64,000 nt of DNA, taken from contig CAWHDR010000001.1 of NCBI GenBank assembly GCA_963828165.1, positions 768,001 through 832,000 on the forward strand, in the 5' to 3' direction. A program made the translations under genes and the position numbers. Numbering within the stretch: position 1 is the stretch's first letter; the number at the start of each line of letters is the position of its first letter. The notes under the pieces were generated by a model that worked only from the letters and a program-made list of their open reading frames with translations, had not been told where the DNA came from and searched no databases. This document shows, piece by piece, positions 9,093-18,543 of the stretch. The DNA is from an uncultured Chloroflexia bacterium. Its GTDB lineage: Bacteria > Chloroflexota > Limnocylindria > Limnocylindrales > CSP1-4.

Positions 9093-9820
9093 CGGCGCGC
9101 AGCTGCGGCCAACCGGGCCGCGTCCGGGATCACGAGATCGTCGCCCTCGAAGCGCAGCAGCCCCTGTGCCACGAAATCCGCGAGCAGGCGGTTCACCGAT
9201 TGGCGCGAACCGCCGATCATCCCGGCGAGCTCGCCCTGCGTGTACGGCCAGGGCAGACGCTGCTCGCCCGTCTCGATCCGTGGCGGCCAGGACCCGCCAT
9301 CGTCACCGCCCGGTAACGCGCGCAGGAGGTGGCGCGCCAGTCGCCCTGGCAGGTCCAGGAAGTGGAGGTCACCGAATTGGGCGGTCAGGCGGCGGATCTC
9401 GGTCGCCAGGGCAGCCAGCAACGCGCGTCGAAGGACCGGCTGCTCGTCCACGAGTCGGTCGAAGGCGTCGCGACGCAGGACCTGGGTCTCCACGACACCG
9501 ACCGCGACCGCCGTCGCGGACCGGGCGGCCCCATCGAGCAGGGCCAGCTCACCGAAGAACCCACCAGGCGCGATCGTCGTCAGGATCGCGGGGTCGGATC
9601 CGTCGCCCGGCGGGATCGTGATCTTCACCCGACCCGAGGTCACGATGAACAAGGCGTCGCCGGGGTCGTCCACGTGGAAGATCGTCTCTCCGCGGCGAAA
9701 GCGGCGCGGTCCGAGCGCTGCGGCCACGATGCCCAGGATCGGCTCGTCGAGACCGGAGAACAGGCGACATTCGCGCAGGGCGTCTTGCGCCAGCGCGGTG
9801 TCTCCGGATCGGGCGACCAT
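9089..9820 (-). CDS. Crp/Fnr family transcriptional regulator
   Basis: GGFFGELALLDGAARSATA cNMP cassette; HTH TQGELAGMIGGSRQSVNR; TACGAT 7 nt upstream suggests a leaderless start at 9820. Confidence 0.92.
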   Translation of the reverse strand: MVARSGDTALAQDALRECRLFSGLDEPILGIVAAALGPRRFRRGETIFHVDDPGDALFIVTSGRVKITIPPGDGSDPAILTTIAPGGFFGELALLDGAARSATAVAVGVVETQVLRRDAFDRLVDEQPVLRRALLAALATEIRRLTAQFGDLHFLDLPGRLARHLLRALPGGDDGGSWPPRIETGEQRLPWPYTQGELAGMIGGSRQSVNRLLADFVAQGLLRFEGDDLVIPDAARLAAAARR

Positions 9821-9867
9821 GTCGCCCATCGTACGCGGGCGGGGATCCCGGCGCGGGGCCGGGGGCT

Positions 9868-10542
9868 TCAGGATCGGGGGATCGGGCGCATCGGGTAGAC
9901 GCCCACGACGACCGGCGTCCGCGGATCGAGCGACAGCTCATAGCCGATCTCGCCGCCACGCAGCAACTCGCCCAGGAGGGAGCCTTCCCGCGATGGCAGG
10001 CCGACGTACACCTTGCCCTGCTCGATCGAGACCTGGGTGACGTCGTCGTCGTCACCGTCGATCGCGAAGCGGCGTCGCAGCTCGTGCATGGGCACGTACG
10101 GGCGGCTCTTGATGAACCGACGGAGCTGTGGCGCGGTACAGCCGTTCGATCGCTCCTGGCCGTTGGCCCCCGCGGGACCATGGCCGTTGGTCGGCCCGGG
10201 ACCGTGGCCGTTGGGGCGTCCGTTGGGGCCGACGGGCGACGGTACCGATCGGTCCCGTCCCATGCCTGCCATGCGCGGCTGTCCGCCCGGGGCAGGTGGC
10301 GGCGGGGGGGCGGTACGCGCGGTGGCGTCGGACTGGGGTCGCTGGTCCTCGGATCGCGGTGCCGCGTGGTCGTGTGACGTTCGCGGCCCTGCGGCGGCCG
10401 TGGCATCGACGGGCAGCGGTGGCTCGCCGTTCGTGTCGACCGGCACGGGCGGTACGCCGGGCCCGGGCCCGGGCGTATGGCGCGCGGGGTCATGACGGTA
10501 CCGGCCGCCCCCGTGCGATCGGCCGTGGTGGCGGCGACTCAT
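9868..10542 (-). CDS. Hypothetical protein with Pro/Gly-rich disordered N-terminus and compact C-terminal domain
   Basis: The C-terminal ~90 aa (QLRRFIKSRPYVPMHELRRRF...VVGVYPMRP) look globular with normal codon usage; start uncertain. Confidence 0.6.
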   Translation of the reverse strand: MSRRHHGRSHGGGRYRHDPARHTPGPGPGVPPVPVDTNGEPPLPVDATAAAGPRTSHDHAAPRSEDQRPQSDATARTAPPPPPAPGGQPRMAGMGRDRSVPSPVGPNGRPNGHGPGPTNGHGPAGANGQERSNGCTAPQLRRFIKSRPYVPMHELRRRFAIDGDDDDVTQVSIEQGKVYVGLPSREGSLLGELLRGGEIGYELSLDPRTPVVVGVYPMRPIPRS

Positions 10543-10697
10543 CGGTGGGCGAACCCGGGATGGGCATCCCGGGCGAGTAGCTCGGCGACGGAACGTCGCC
10601 GTTGGTTGGTGGGCATCGGATCTCAGGTGCTGGGCGGGCCGCTTGGATACGGCACGGTCCCGATGATACCGCACGTGTCCGCCGGTGCCGTCGGCGG

Positions 10698-11855
10698 TCA
10701 GCCCTCGACGACGTACAGCTCGCGCGGCGCTTCGTTGAGCACGATCGGTCCATCGTCGCCGCAGACGACGATGTCCTCGATGCGGGCACCGTATTCGCCC
10801 GGGAAGTAGATGCCCGGCTCGACGCTGAAGGCCATGCCGGGTCGCAGCGGCAGGTCGTTACCGGCGACCAGGTACGGGTCCTCGTGCCCCTCGAGTCCGA
10901 TGCCGTGCCCGGTCCGATGGAAGAACGCCTCGCCGTAACCCTCGGCCTCGATCCTCGTGCGCGCCGCGGCGTCCACTGCAGCACACACGGTGCCGGGTCG
11001 AGCGGCGCGAGTGGCCGCCTCCTGGGCGCCGTGGAGGACGGAGAACAGGTGGCGGAATCGCTCGTCCGGGCCCTTGTTCGGGTCGCCGCCGGTCACCCAC
11101 AACGTGCGGGTGATGTCCGAGCCGTAGCCGCCCAGCGTGCCGCCGATGTCGAGCACGATCGGCTCACCCGCCTCGATGACGCGCTCGGAGGCCTCGTGGT
11201 GTGGCGACGCCGCGTTCGGGCCCGAGCCCACGATCGCGAAATGCGCCTCCTCGTGGCCTTCGGCGACGAGTCGTTCACGGACCTCCCGGGCCACATCCGC
11301 CTCCGTTCGTCCGATCAGCCGCCCGTTCGCGATCTGGCCGACCACGCGGTCGGCAGCCTGCGCGGCGAGGCGCAGGAGCGCGATCTCATCGGCGTCCTTG
11401 ATCATGCGCAGCTCGCGCAGGACCGACGACGCTGAGTCGTAGGTCGCCGCCGTAGCGATGGCGGTCTGGAGGCGAAGGACGTGGAGCGCGATCATCGTGT
11501 CCGAAAGGCCGATGCGCACCGACGCCCCCTTCGTGGCGTCCACGACCTCGGCGACCAGCGCGTACGGATCGTCCGTTTCGTCCCACGTCCGGATCTCGAT
11601 CGCGGTGCGCAGGCCGGATTCTGCCGCGCCGCGCTCCAGCCGCGGGACGACGATGAACGGATCCTGGCCGTTGACCAGCACGAGCACGGTCAGCCGCTCC
11701 AACGGCATCGCCTCGTAGCCGGTCAGGTAGCGCAGGTCCGACCCGACGCCGATGAGCAGCGCGTCCAGGCCGGCTGTCGCCGTTTCGGCGGATGCACGCT
11801 CGAGCCGCTCGGCGAAGCGCGTCGCCGGGATGAGCGGGCGGGCCGCCAACGTCAC
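10698..11855 (-). CDS. M24 family Xaa-Pro peptidase
   Basis: PHH, DIGG...YGSDITRT, HRTGHGIGLEGHE, VEPGIY and RIEDIV motifs; GTG start overlaps the upstream stop. Confidence 0.92.
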   Translation of the reverse strand: MTLAARPLIPATRFAERLERASAETATAGLDALLIGVGSDLRYLTGYEAMPLERLTVLVLVNGQDPFIVVPRLERGAAESGLRTAIEIRTWDETDDPYALVAEVVDATKGASVRIGLSDTMIALHVLRLQTAIATAATYDSASSVLRELRMIKDADEIALLRLAAQAADRVVGQIANGRLIGRTEADVAREVRERLVAEGHEEAHFAIVGSGPNAASPHHEASERVIEAGEPIVLDIGGTLGGYGSDITRTLWVTGGDPNKGPDERFRHLFSVLHGAQEAATRAARPGTVCAAVDAAARTRIEAEGYGEAFFHRTGHGIGLEGHEDPYLVAGNDLPLRPGMAFSVEPGIYFPGEYGARIEDIVVCGDDGPIVLNEAPRELYVVEG

Positions 11856-12220
11856 GCTCCGATCTCCGCCGGCCGCGCGAGCCACGCCGTGATGGCCGCC
11901 GGCCCGTCGTCGAACAGCTTGCGGTACGCGTAGACACGATCGGCGCCCGCGGTGAGGGCCCGTTTGCGCAGCTCGTGGTCGTCGTGCTGTCCGACCGCGA
12001 GCACCCGCAGGCCGGCGGTGTGCGCCCGTTCGATCGCGGTCACGCCATCGTAGGCGAGCGCGGTCAGGTCGACGATCGCGGCATCGCTCCCCACCAGGGC
12101 GGCCGCGAATCGCTCCGGAGAGGCCACGCGCACGGGCTCGGCGCCGGCCGCCTCGACAGCCCGGGCCAGACGATCCGCCCAGATGAGGTCCTGGGCGAGG
12201 ACGACCACGCGGGCCGTCAC
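11852..12220 (-). CDS. Atypical receiver-domain (CheY-like) protein
   Basis: VVVLAQDL...AAIVDL...ALTAGADRV pattern without the full acidic pocket or conserved Lys; translationally coupled in the operon. Confidence 0.6.
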   Translation of the reverse strand: MTARVVVLAQDLIWADRLARAVEAAGAEPVRVASPERFAAALVGSDAAIVDLTALAYDGVTAIERAHTAGLRVLAVGQHDDHELRKRALTAGADRVYAYRKLFDDGPAAITAWLARPAEIGA

Positions 12221-12729
12221 GACGAGGCGCGATCCATCGACGACGCCAGGTGGTGGAACACGTCACGCGCGGTGACGACGCCGGTCGGGCGACCGTCCTC
12301 GACGATCGGGATGTGGCGGAATCCCCCGACGGCCATCTTGTGGATGGCGACCGCGATCGGGTCGTCGTGGCGGAGCACGACCGGGTCGGGGGTCATGAAA
12401 TCGCGGACGTGGAAGGAATCCAGACGCTTGCCGGCGGCCTTCACCACCGCGTCGCGGTCAGTGAAGATGCCCACCAGGCGATCGTCCGTCATGACGAGGA
12501 GGCAATCGGTCTCGGCATCGTGCATCCGCGCGATCGCGACGTCGAGCGGCGTGTCCGGCGTGACGGTGATAGGCGCCGGCGCACCCAGCCGATCGAGGTG
12601 CTCGCCCATCAGTTCGCCCTTGAACGCGGGTGCCTGCCCCGGGGTGTCGTGGCCGAAGATGTCCGCCCCGCAGTTGTCGCAGATATCGGCGCCGATCAGG
12701 TTCTCATAGCCGCACGACGGGCAGCGCAT
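12217..12729 (-). CDS. Zinc-ribbon plus tandem CBS domain protein
   Basis: CPSCG..N..GADICDNCG followed by LVGIFTDRD and GFRHIPIV CBS pair. Confidence 0.88.
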   Translation of the reverse strand: MRCPSCGYENLIGADICDNCGADIFGHDTPGQAPAFKGELMGEHLDRLGAPAPITVTPDTPLDVAIARMHDAETDCLLVMTDDRLVGIFTDRDAVVKAAGKRLDSFHVRDFMTPDPVVLRHDDPIAVAIHKMAVGGFRHIPIVEDGRPTGVVTARDVFHHLASSMDRASS

Positions 12730-12779
12730 GCCGTCGCCGCCGGCTTCCTGCCCCGCGACGATGCCGTCTTCGCCGCCGT

Positions 12780-13856
12780 CTACTCGACCGTCCATGTCTC
12801 TCCGCCGGCAAGCACACGTTCGAGGTCGCCGGGTCCTGACCGCGCGATCGCGGCCGACACCTGGTCCTCGAGGAGGCGGTCATGGGTCGGCCGGGTGATG
12901 GCGCGCAGGACGCCGACCGGTACCGGGAAGTCCGGCCAGAACATGCGCGAGAGGACGAGGGCGAGATACGGGTCCTCGGCCGTCTCGTCGTGGACCAGCA
13001 GGTCGGCTTCCGTGACGCCGTTCTCGCCGATCGTCACGACCTCGGGCTTGAGGCCATCGAGCCGGATGCCCTTGTCGCGATCCTTGCCGAAGATCATCGG
13101 CTTGCCGTGCTCGAGGAACAGCATCCGGTCCTCGCGGACCTCACGGTCGGTGAAGTCCCGCCAGGCACCGTCGTTGAAGATGTTGCAGTTCTGGAGGACC
13201 TCGATGAACGAGGAGCCCTTGTGGCGACCGCCGCGCTCGAGCGTCTGCTGCAGATGCTCGGTGTGGGTGTCGACCGAGCGGGCCACGAACGAGGCCTCGG
13301 CCGCGAGCGCGATCGTGAGCGGGATGATCGGCGTGTCGATCGAGCCGACCGGGGTCGACTTGGTCTTCTTCCCGAACTCCGACGTGGGCGACGCCTGGCC
13401 CTTGGTCAGCCCGTAGATGCGGTTGTTGAACATCACCATGTTGATGTCGACATTGCGCCGCATCGAGTGGATGACGTGGTTGCCACCGATGCTGAGCGCG
13501 TCGCCGTCACCGGTGATGACCCAGACCATCAGGTCCGGGCGGGCAGCCTTCAAGCCCGTGGCCAGCGTGGGGGCGCGGCCGTGGATCGTGTGGAAGCCGT
13601 ACGTGTTCATGTAGTACGGCAGGCGCCCGGAGCAGCCGATGCCGCTGATGAAGACGATGTCCTCCCGCTTGTACCCGAAGTCGGGCATGACCTTCTGGGT
13701 CTGGGCAAGGATCGAGTAGTCCCCGCAGCCCGGACACCAGCGAACCTCCTGGTCGGACACGAAGTCCTTGCGCGTGAGCGCGATGATCTCGGCGTTCTCT
13801 GCACTGAGTGCAGGCTGCGCCGGGACGGGCGTCTGCCCGTTCGTCTCCGTGGTCAT
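12780..13856 (-). CDS. korB: 2-oxoacid:ferredoxin oxidoreductase beta subunit
   Basis: RWCPGCGD, SGIGCS, IHGR and GDGD...NNRIYGLTKGQ ThDP motif. Confidence 0.93.
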   Translation of the reverse strand: MTTETNGQTPVPAQPALSAENAEIIALTRKDFVSDQEVRWCPGCGDYSILAQTQKVMPDFGYKREDIVFISGIGCSGRLPYYMNTYGFHTIHGRAPTLATGLKAARPDLMVWVITGDGDALSIGGNHVIHSMRRNVDINMVMFNNRIYGLTKGQASPTSEFGKKTKSTPVGSIDTPIIPLTIALAAEASFVARSVDTHTEHLQQTLERGGRHKGSSFIEVLQNCNIFNDGAWRDFTDREVREDRMLFLEHGKPMIFGKDRDKGIRLDGLKPEVVTIGENGVTEADLLVHDETAEDPYLALVLSRMFWPDFPVPVGVLRAITRPTHDRLLEDQVSAAIARSGPGDLERVLAGGETWTVE

Positions 13857-13857
13857 G

Positions 13858-15777
13858 TCAATCCACCCCCTGGCCGCTGTTCGGGCTGTCGCCACCGGCG
13901 ACCGAGTCGCCGGTTCGCCCGTCGCCGACGCCCAGGATCCGTTCGGCCTCCTCGACGATCTCGGCGATGCGGAACGGCTTGCCGCGGACGCGGTCGTATC
14001 CGACGGCGTCGATGAGGTACTTCGCCCGGACGAGCAGCAGCAGCTGGCCCAGGTTGACTTCGGGGATGAGGACCCGGCGGTAGTTGCGCAGCACCGCCTC
14101 CGTATTGGCCGGGAATGGGTTGAGGTGGCGCAGGTGGGCATGCGCGACCGACCGGCCCTCCGCCTGCAGGCGCTCGGCCGCCGAGCGGATCGCGCCATAG
14201 GTCGAGCCCCATCCGAGCATGAGCAGCTCACCGCTTTCCGGTCCCATGACCTCGAGTGGGGCGATATCGGTCGCGATGCCCGCGACCTTCTGCTGGCGCA
14301 GCATCTGCATCTTGTGGTGGTTGTCCGGGTCGTAGCTGACGTTGCCCGACCCGTCCGCCTTCTCGAGACCGCCGATGCGGTGCTCGAGCCCGGCCGTGCC
14401 CGGCACGGCCCATGGCCTGGCGAGCGTCTCCGGATCGCGCAGGTAGGGCTGGAAGATCCCGCCGTCGGCGGCGGCGTTGGAGACCGCGATGCTCGGGAGC
14501 GACGCGAGGTCCGGGATCGGCCACGGCTCGGACCCGGTCGCGAGGAACGCATCGGACAGGTAGACGACCGGGGTCATGTACTTCAGTGCGATGCGGGCCG
14601 CCTCGATGGCGAGGTCGAAGCATTCGCCGGGTGTCGCCGGCGCCACGATCGGGATCGGCGAATCGGAGTTGCGCCCGAACATCACCTGCAGCAGGTCGGC
14701 CTGCTCGTTCTTCGTCGGCATCCCGGTGGACGGGCCGGCGCGCTGGACATCGATGACGACGAGCGGCAGCTCCACCATGACCGCGAGGCCCATCGCTTCT
14801 GTCTTGAGCGCGATGCCGGGCCCGGACGAAGCCGTCAGCCCGAGCGCACCACCGTAGCTCGCCCCGATGGCCGCCCCGATGGCGGCGATCTCGTCCTCCG
14901 CCTGGAACGTCTTGACCCCGAAGGTCTTGTACCCCGACAGCTGGTGCAGGATGTCGCTCGCCGGGGTGATCGGATACGAGCCGTAGAACAGCGGGCGGTC
15001 GGCGAGCCTGCTCGCGGCGAGGAAGCCCAGCGCGGTGGCCTCGTTGCCCGTGATGTTGCGGTACGTCCCGGGCGCGAGCTTGGCCGGCCGGACGCGGTAA
15101 TGCGTGTGGAACATCTCGGTCGTCTCGCCGAACGCGTAACCGGCGCGCAAGGCGCGCTTGTTGGCCTCGGCGACGACCGGGCGCGCGGAGAACTTGGCGT
15201 CGATCCATCCGAGCGTCGGGTCCATGCTTCGCTCGTACAGCCAGAACATGATCCCGAGCGCAAAGAAGTTCTTGGTCAGGTCCTTCTGCTTGGTCGTCAT
15301 GTCGAGCCCGTCGAGCGAGCGCTCGTTGAGCGACGAGATCGGGATCTCGAACGTGGTGTAGGCCTTGAGCGAGCCATCGGTCAGCGGGTTCGCCGCGTAG
15401 GCGGCCTTGTTGAGGTTGCCCTGGGTGAAGGCGTCGCTGTTGACGATGAGCGCGCCGCCCGCCGGCAGGTCGCCGATGTTGGTCTTGAGTGCCGCCGGGT
15501 TCATGGCCACGAGGACGTCGGGCGCATCGCCGGGCGTGTGGATCTCGGTCGAGCTGAAGCTGATCTGGAAGCCACTGACGCCGGGCAGCGAGCCAGCCGG
15601 CGCGCGAATCTCAGCCGGGAAGTCGGGGAGCGTGCTGATGTCGTTGCCGAAGACCGCCGCGGTCCGGGTGAACTGGGTCCCGGTCAGCTGCATCCCGTCG
15701 CCGGAATCGCCGGCGAAGCGGATCGTGACCCGCTCGAGCTCCTGGGTCGGGAGCTCCGGCTCCCTCGTCGTCGTCAC
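13858..15777 (-). CDS. korA: 2-oxoacid:ferredoxin oxidoreductase alpha subunit (gamma-alpha fusion)
   Basis: FAGDSGDGMQLTG, YPITPAS, QAEDE and QRAGPSTGMPT motifs; GTG start at 15777. Confidence 0.93.
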   Translation of the reverse strand: MTTTREPELPTQELERVTIRFAGDSGDGMQLTGTQFTRTAAVFGNDISTLPDFPAEIRAPAGSLPGVSGFQISFSSTEIHTPGDAPDVLVAMNPAALKTNIGDLPAGGALIVNSDAFTQGNLNKAAYAANPLTDGSLKAYTTFEIPISSLNERSLDGLDMTTKQKDLTKNFFALGIMFWLYERSMDPTLGWIDAKFSARPVVAEANKRALRAGYAFGETTEMFHTHYRVRPAKLAPGTYRNITGNEATALGFLAASRLADRPLFYGSYPITPASDILHQLSGYKTFGVKTFQAEDEIAAIGAAIGASYGGALGLTASSGPGIALKTEAMGLAVMVELPLVVIDVQRAGPSTGMPTKNEQADLLQVMFGRNSDSPIPIVAPATPGECFDLAIEAARIALKYMTPVVYLSDAFLATGSEPWPIPDLASLPSIAVSNAAADGGIFQPYLRDPETLARPWAVPGTAGLEHRIGGLEKADGSGNVSYDPDNHHKMQMLRQQKVAGIATDIAPLEVMGPESGELLMLGWGSTYGAIRSAAERLQAEGRSVAHAHLRHLNPFPANTEAVLRNYRRVLIPEVNLGQLLLLVRAKYLIDAVGYDRVRGKPFRIAEIVEEAERILGVGDGRTGDSVAGGDSPNSGQGVD

Positions 15778-16274
15778 GCCCCTTCCGGCTGCTTCATGCG
15801 CTGGTGCGGCCGCGGCGGCAGGTTCAGCAGCTCCTCGGGGAAGGACTCGGCCAGGTACTTGATGATGTCGTTCTGGCGGACCACGCCGACGAGGTGACCC
15901 GTGGCATCGACGAGGGGGATGTTGCGGTACTGCCCGGTCTGCATCAGCTCGAGCGCGTCGCGGATGGTCTGGTCGAGATCGAGCGTGCGTGGTTCCGTGG
16001 TCATCAGCGACTCGACCGGCTGGTGGAGGTCGACGTTGCCACCGACGATGCGTCCGAAGACATCGCGCTCCGTCAGCACGCCGAGCAGGCTGCCGTCGTT
16101 GTCGCAGACGAAGACCGAATCGCCGGTCCCGGTCCGCTGGATCGCGCGAAGGCATTCGGCGAGGCTGGTGCCGGGCGGAACGGTCACGGGGTGGCGGCGG
16201 CTGAGGACGCGCAGGCGCTCGTCGGTCAGGGATGGGACGCGACTGGCGACCACGCCTTCGGAGAGGTCGGTCAC
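15774..16274 (-). CDS. Tandem CBS domain protein, first gene of the kor operon
   Basis: LLGVLTERD and YRNIPLVD...LVGVV; TACACT 6 nt upstream of the GTG. Confidence 0.87.
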   Translation of the reverse strand: MTDLSEGVVASRVPSLTDERLRVLSRRHPVTVPPGTSLAECLRAIQRTGTGDSVFVCDNDGSLLGVLTERDVFGRIVGGNVDLHQPVESLMTTEPRTLDLDQTIRDALELMQTGQYRNIPLVDATGHLVGVVRQNDIIKYLAESFPEELLNLPPRPHQRMKQPEGA

Positions 16275-16332
16275 GCTCGAAGTGTAGACCGTCCCTGCGC
16301 ACGATGGTTGCGCACTGGTAGCCTCGCGACGC

Positions 16333-17328
16333 ATGGATCGACGGTCGGCCGTGGGCATGGGCCTGGTGGTGATCTCGGCGGCCGGCTACGGATCGGGCTC
16401 GATCCTCGCCGCGCCGATCTACGCGACCGGGGTGGACTGGCTGACGCTCGTGAGCTGGCGGTTCCTGATCGGCGCCGTGCTCGGCTGGATCTGGGTACTG
16501 GCGTCGTCGCATCGCAGGACGGCCCTGCGCAGGCTGGGACGGCGGAGGCTCGGGGTTGCCCTAAGCCTTGGTGCGCTGTTCGTCGGGAACTCCGGGACGT
16601 ACTACGCGAGCCTCGAGACGGTCCCCGCGGCGTTGGCGGGCGTCGTGGTCTACACCTATCCCGTCATGGTCGCGGTCCTGTCGCTGCGCTTCGCCACCCG
16701 CCTTCCGGGCCGGCGTCCATGGGTCGCGGCCGGGCTCGCCGTCGCCGGGTCGGCCCTTGCGCTCGGGGGCATCGATGTCGCCAAGGCGCCACCGGTCAGC
16801 GGCCTCGTGCTGGTGTTCGCCTCGGCCATGATCTACTCGGTCTGGATCATCCTCTCGGCGCGCCTGTCCGGCGAGCGGCGCGACCGCCTGGCCAGCGAGT
16901 CGAGCACGGATGGATCGCCGGCCGGGGATGCGGCCGTAACGACGACACTGATGATGAGCGCGACCGCGGTCGTCTACGCCGCGGCCGGATCCGTGGCGGG
17001 CCGGCCGCTGGATCCAACGACCGTGCCCCAGAGCGCCTGGCCGGCGATCCTGGCCGTCGCGTTCGTCGCGTCGTTCCTGGCGATCCAGACGTTCTACGCC
17101 GGCGCCCGGCGGATCGGTGCGGCCAGGGCGGCACTGACCGCGACGGTCGAGCCGTTGATCATCGTCGTCCTGGCGTGGATCTTCCTCGACCAGACCCTGG
17201 CGCCGATCCAGCTCATCGGCGCGGGCCTGATCCTCGTCGCCGTCGTCGTCGCGCAGACGGCCCCGCGCCCGAGTGGGGCGCCGGAGCCGGCCACGCCCCT
17301 GGAAGCCGAGGTCGGTGGATCGGGATAA
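16333..17328 (+). CDS. DMT/EamA family transporter
   Basis: About 10 TM segments; YTYP and GARRIGAARAA...VEP motifs. Confidence 0.88.
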   Translation: MDRRSAVGMGLVVISAAGYGSGSILAAPIYATGVDWLTLVSWRFLIGAVLGWIWVLASSHRRTALRRLGRRRLGVALSLGALFVGNSGTYYASLETVPAALAGVVVYTYPVMVAVLSLRFATRLPGRRPWVAAGLAVAGSALALGGIDVAKAPPVSGLVLVFASAMIYSVWIILSARLSGERRDRLASESSTDGSPAGDAAVTTTLMMSATAVVYAAAGSVAGRPLDPTTVPQSAWPAILAVAFVASFLAIQTFYAGARRIGAARAALTATVEPLIIVVLAWIFLDQTLAPIQLIGAGLILVAVVVAQTAPRPSGAPEPATPLEAEVGGSG

Positions 17329-17334
17329 GCGGCC

Positions 17335-18543
17335 CTACGGCGCGGCCGACGCCCCGACTTCGATGCCCGTTCGAGCGGTCGCGCGCACCGATTCCAGGGC
17401 ATCCGCAGCGGCTGCCGCCCCGCCGGCCCGGGCGAAACCAGCGGCGATCCCTTCGGCGCCGGCCCGCATCGACATGGTCGTCCGGATGGCAGTGCGGAGC
17501 GACGCGGGGTCGAGCTCGTCGGGCATGATCATCGTCCCGCCACCAGCATCGGCCACTCGCCGCGCGACCTCGGACTGGTCTCGCCCGAAGGGCACGACGC
17601 AGACCGGCACGCCGGCCGCCAGGGCCTTCTGCGTGATGCCCATGCCCCCGTGGCTGACGACGCAGGCCGCCTTGCGTAGCACCGGCCCGTGCGGCAGCCA
17701 GCGCTCGACTCGTGCATTGGGCGGGGCGTCGAAACGTTCGGGGTCGTGTGCCGCCGTGGTGATGACGACGCGGACGTCCTCCGAGCGCAATGCCTCCAGC
17801 GCAACCTCGACCAGCGTGTCGTCGCGCTGGTACTCACTCGACGCGCTGACGAGCACGAGTGGTGCATCGATGTCGTCGAGCCAATCGGGTTCCTCGGTTG
17901 GTGGCTCCCACAGACCCGGGCCGACGAGCCGGAACGAGGCCGGCAGGCCGAACTCCGCGACCTCGAACGGTGGCGCGGTGAAGTAGAGGTAGAGCGGCGC
18001 ACGCCACGCGTCCATGGGATCCGTGACGGGTGCGAGCCCGAGTCGAAGCCGAGGCGCATTCAGGACGTCCATCCCGGCCGGAGCGAGGGTGAACGGGATC
18101 AGGGTCGGCTCGACCGCCTCGCCCGGCACCAGGCCGAAGTGCTGGAAGAACGGGATCGACTGCGCCCAGGGGAGGCCGGTCGATTCGGCGACTGCTGTGG
18201 CACCGGTCGTGGTGACATCGACCAACAGCATCTCGGGATCCACGTGGGCGATCGCGCGCTGGAAGTCGGGCACCTCATGGGTCGCTCGCTCGGCGAACGT
18301 GCGGAATCCTCCGGCAAGGGCTTCGATGGGCGTGCTCCACCTCCAGTCGTCCAATGGCACCGCCTCGATCGCGGCGTCGATCGCTTCGGCTTCGAGGCCG
18401 AGCGCCTTCAGGGCGGACACCTCGGACGCGAGGGTTCGTACATGGACTTCGTGGCCGCGGTCGCGCAGCTCGAGCAGGGTCGCGACGATCGGGTAGAGGT
18501 GCCCGCGGGCGGGCGAGGTGTACGCCAGGTAACGCGTCATCAC
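17335..18543 (-). CDS. GT1 (macrolide/MGT-like) glycosyltransferase
   Basis: GHLYP N-terminal motif; WLPH...VSHGGMG...GVP...PFGRDQ nucleotide-sugar box. Confidence 0.88.
   Translation of the reverse strand: MMTRYLAYTSPARGHLYPIVATLLELRDRGHEVHVRTLASEVSALKALGLEAEAIDAAIEAVPLDDWRWSTPIEALAGGFRTFAERATHEVPDFQRAIAHVDPEMLLVDVTTTGATAVAESTGLPWAQSIPFFQHFGLVPGEAVEPTLIPFTLAPAGMDVLNAPRLRLGLAPVTDPMDAWRAPLYLYFTAPPFEVAEFGLPASFRLVGPGLWEPPTEEPDWLDDIDAPLVLVSASSEYQRDDTLVEVALEALRSEDVRVVITTAAHDPERFDAPPNARVERWLPHGPVLRKAACVVSHGGMGITQKALAAGVPVCVVPFGRDQSEVARRVADAGGGTMIMPDELDPASLRTAIRTTMSMRAGAEGIAAGFARAGGAAAAADALESVRATARTGIEVGASAAP

Noticed and set aside
15778-16512. 884-aa start for the oxidoreductase alpha subunit, and similarly over-extended starts for korB, M24, S9 and the methyltransferase
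   Set aside because: The extensions overlap upstream real genes in other frames. True starts coincide with GTGA/ATGA couplings or lie right next to upstream stops.
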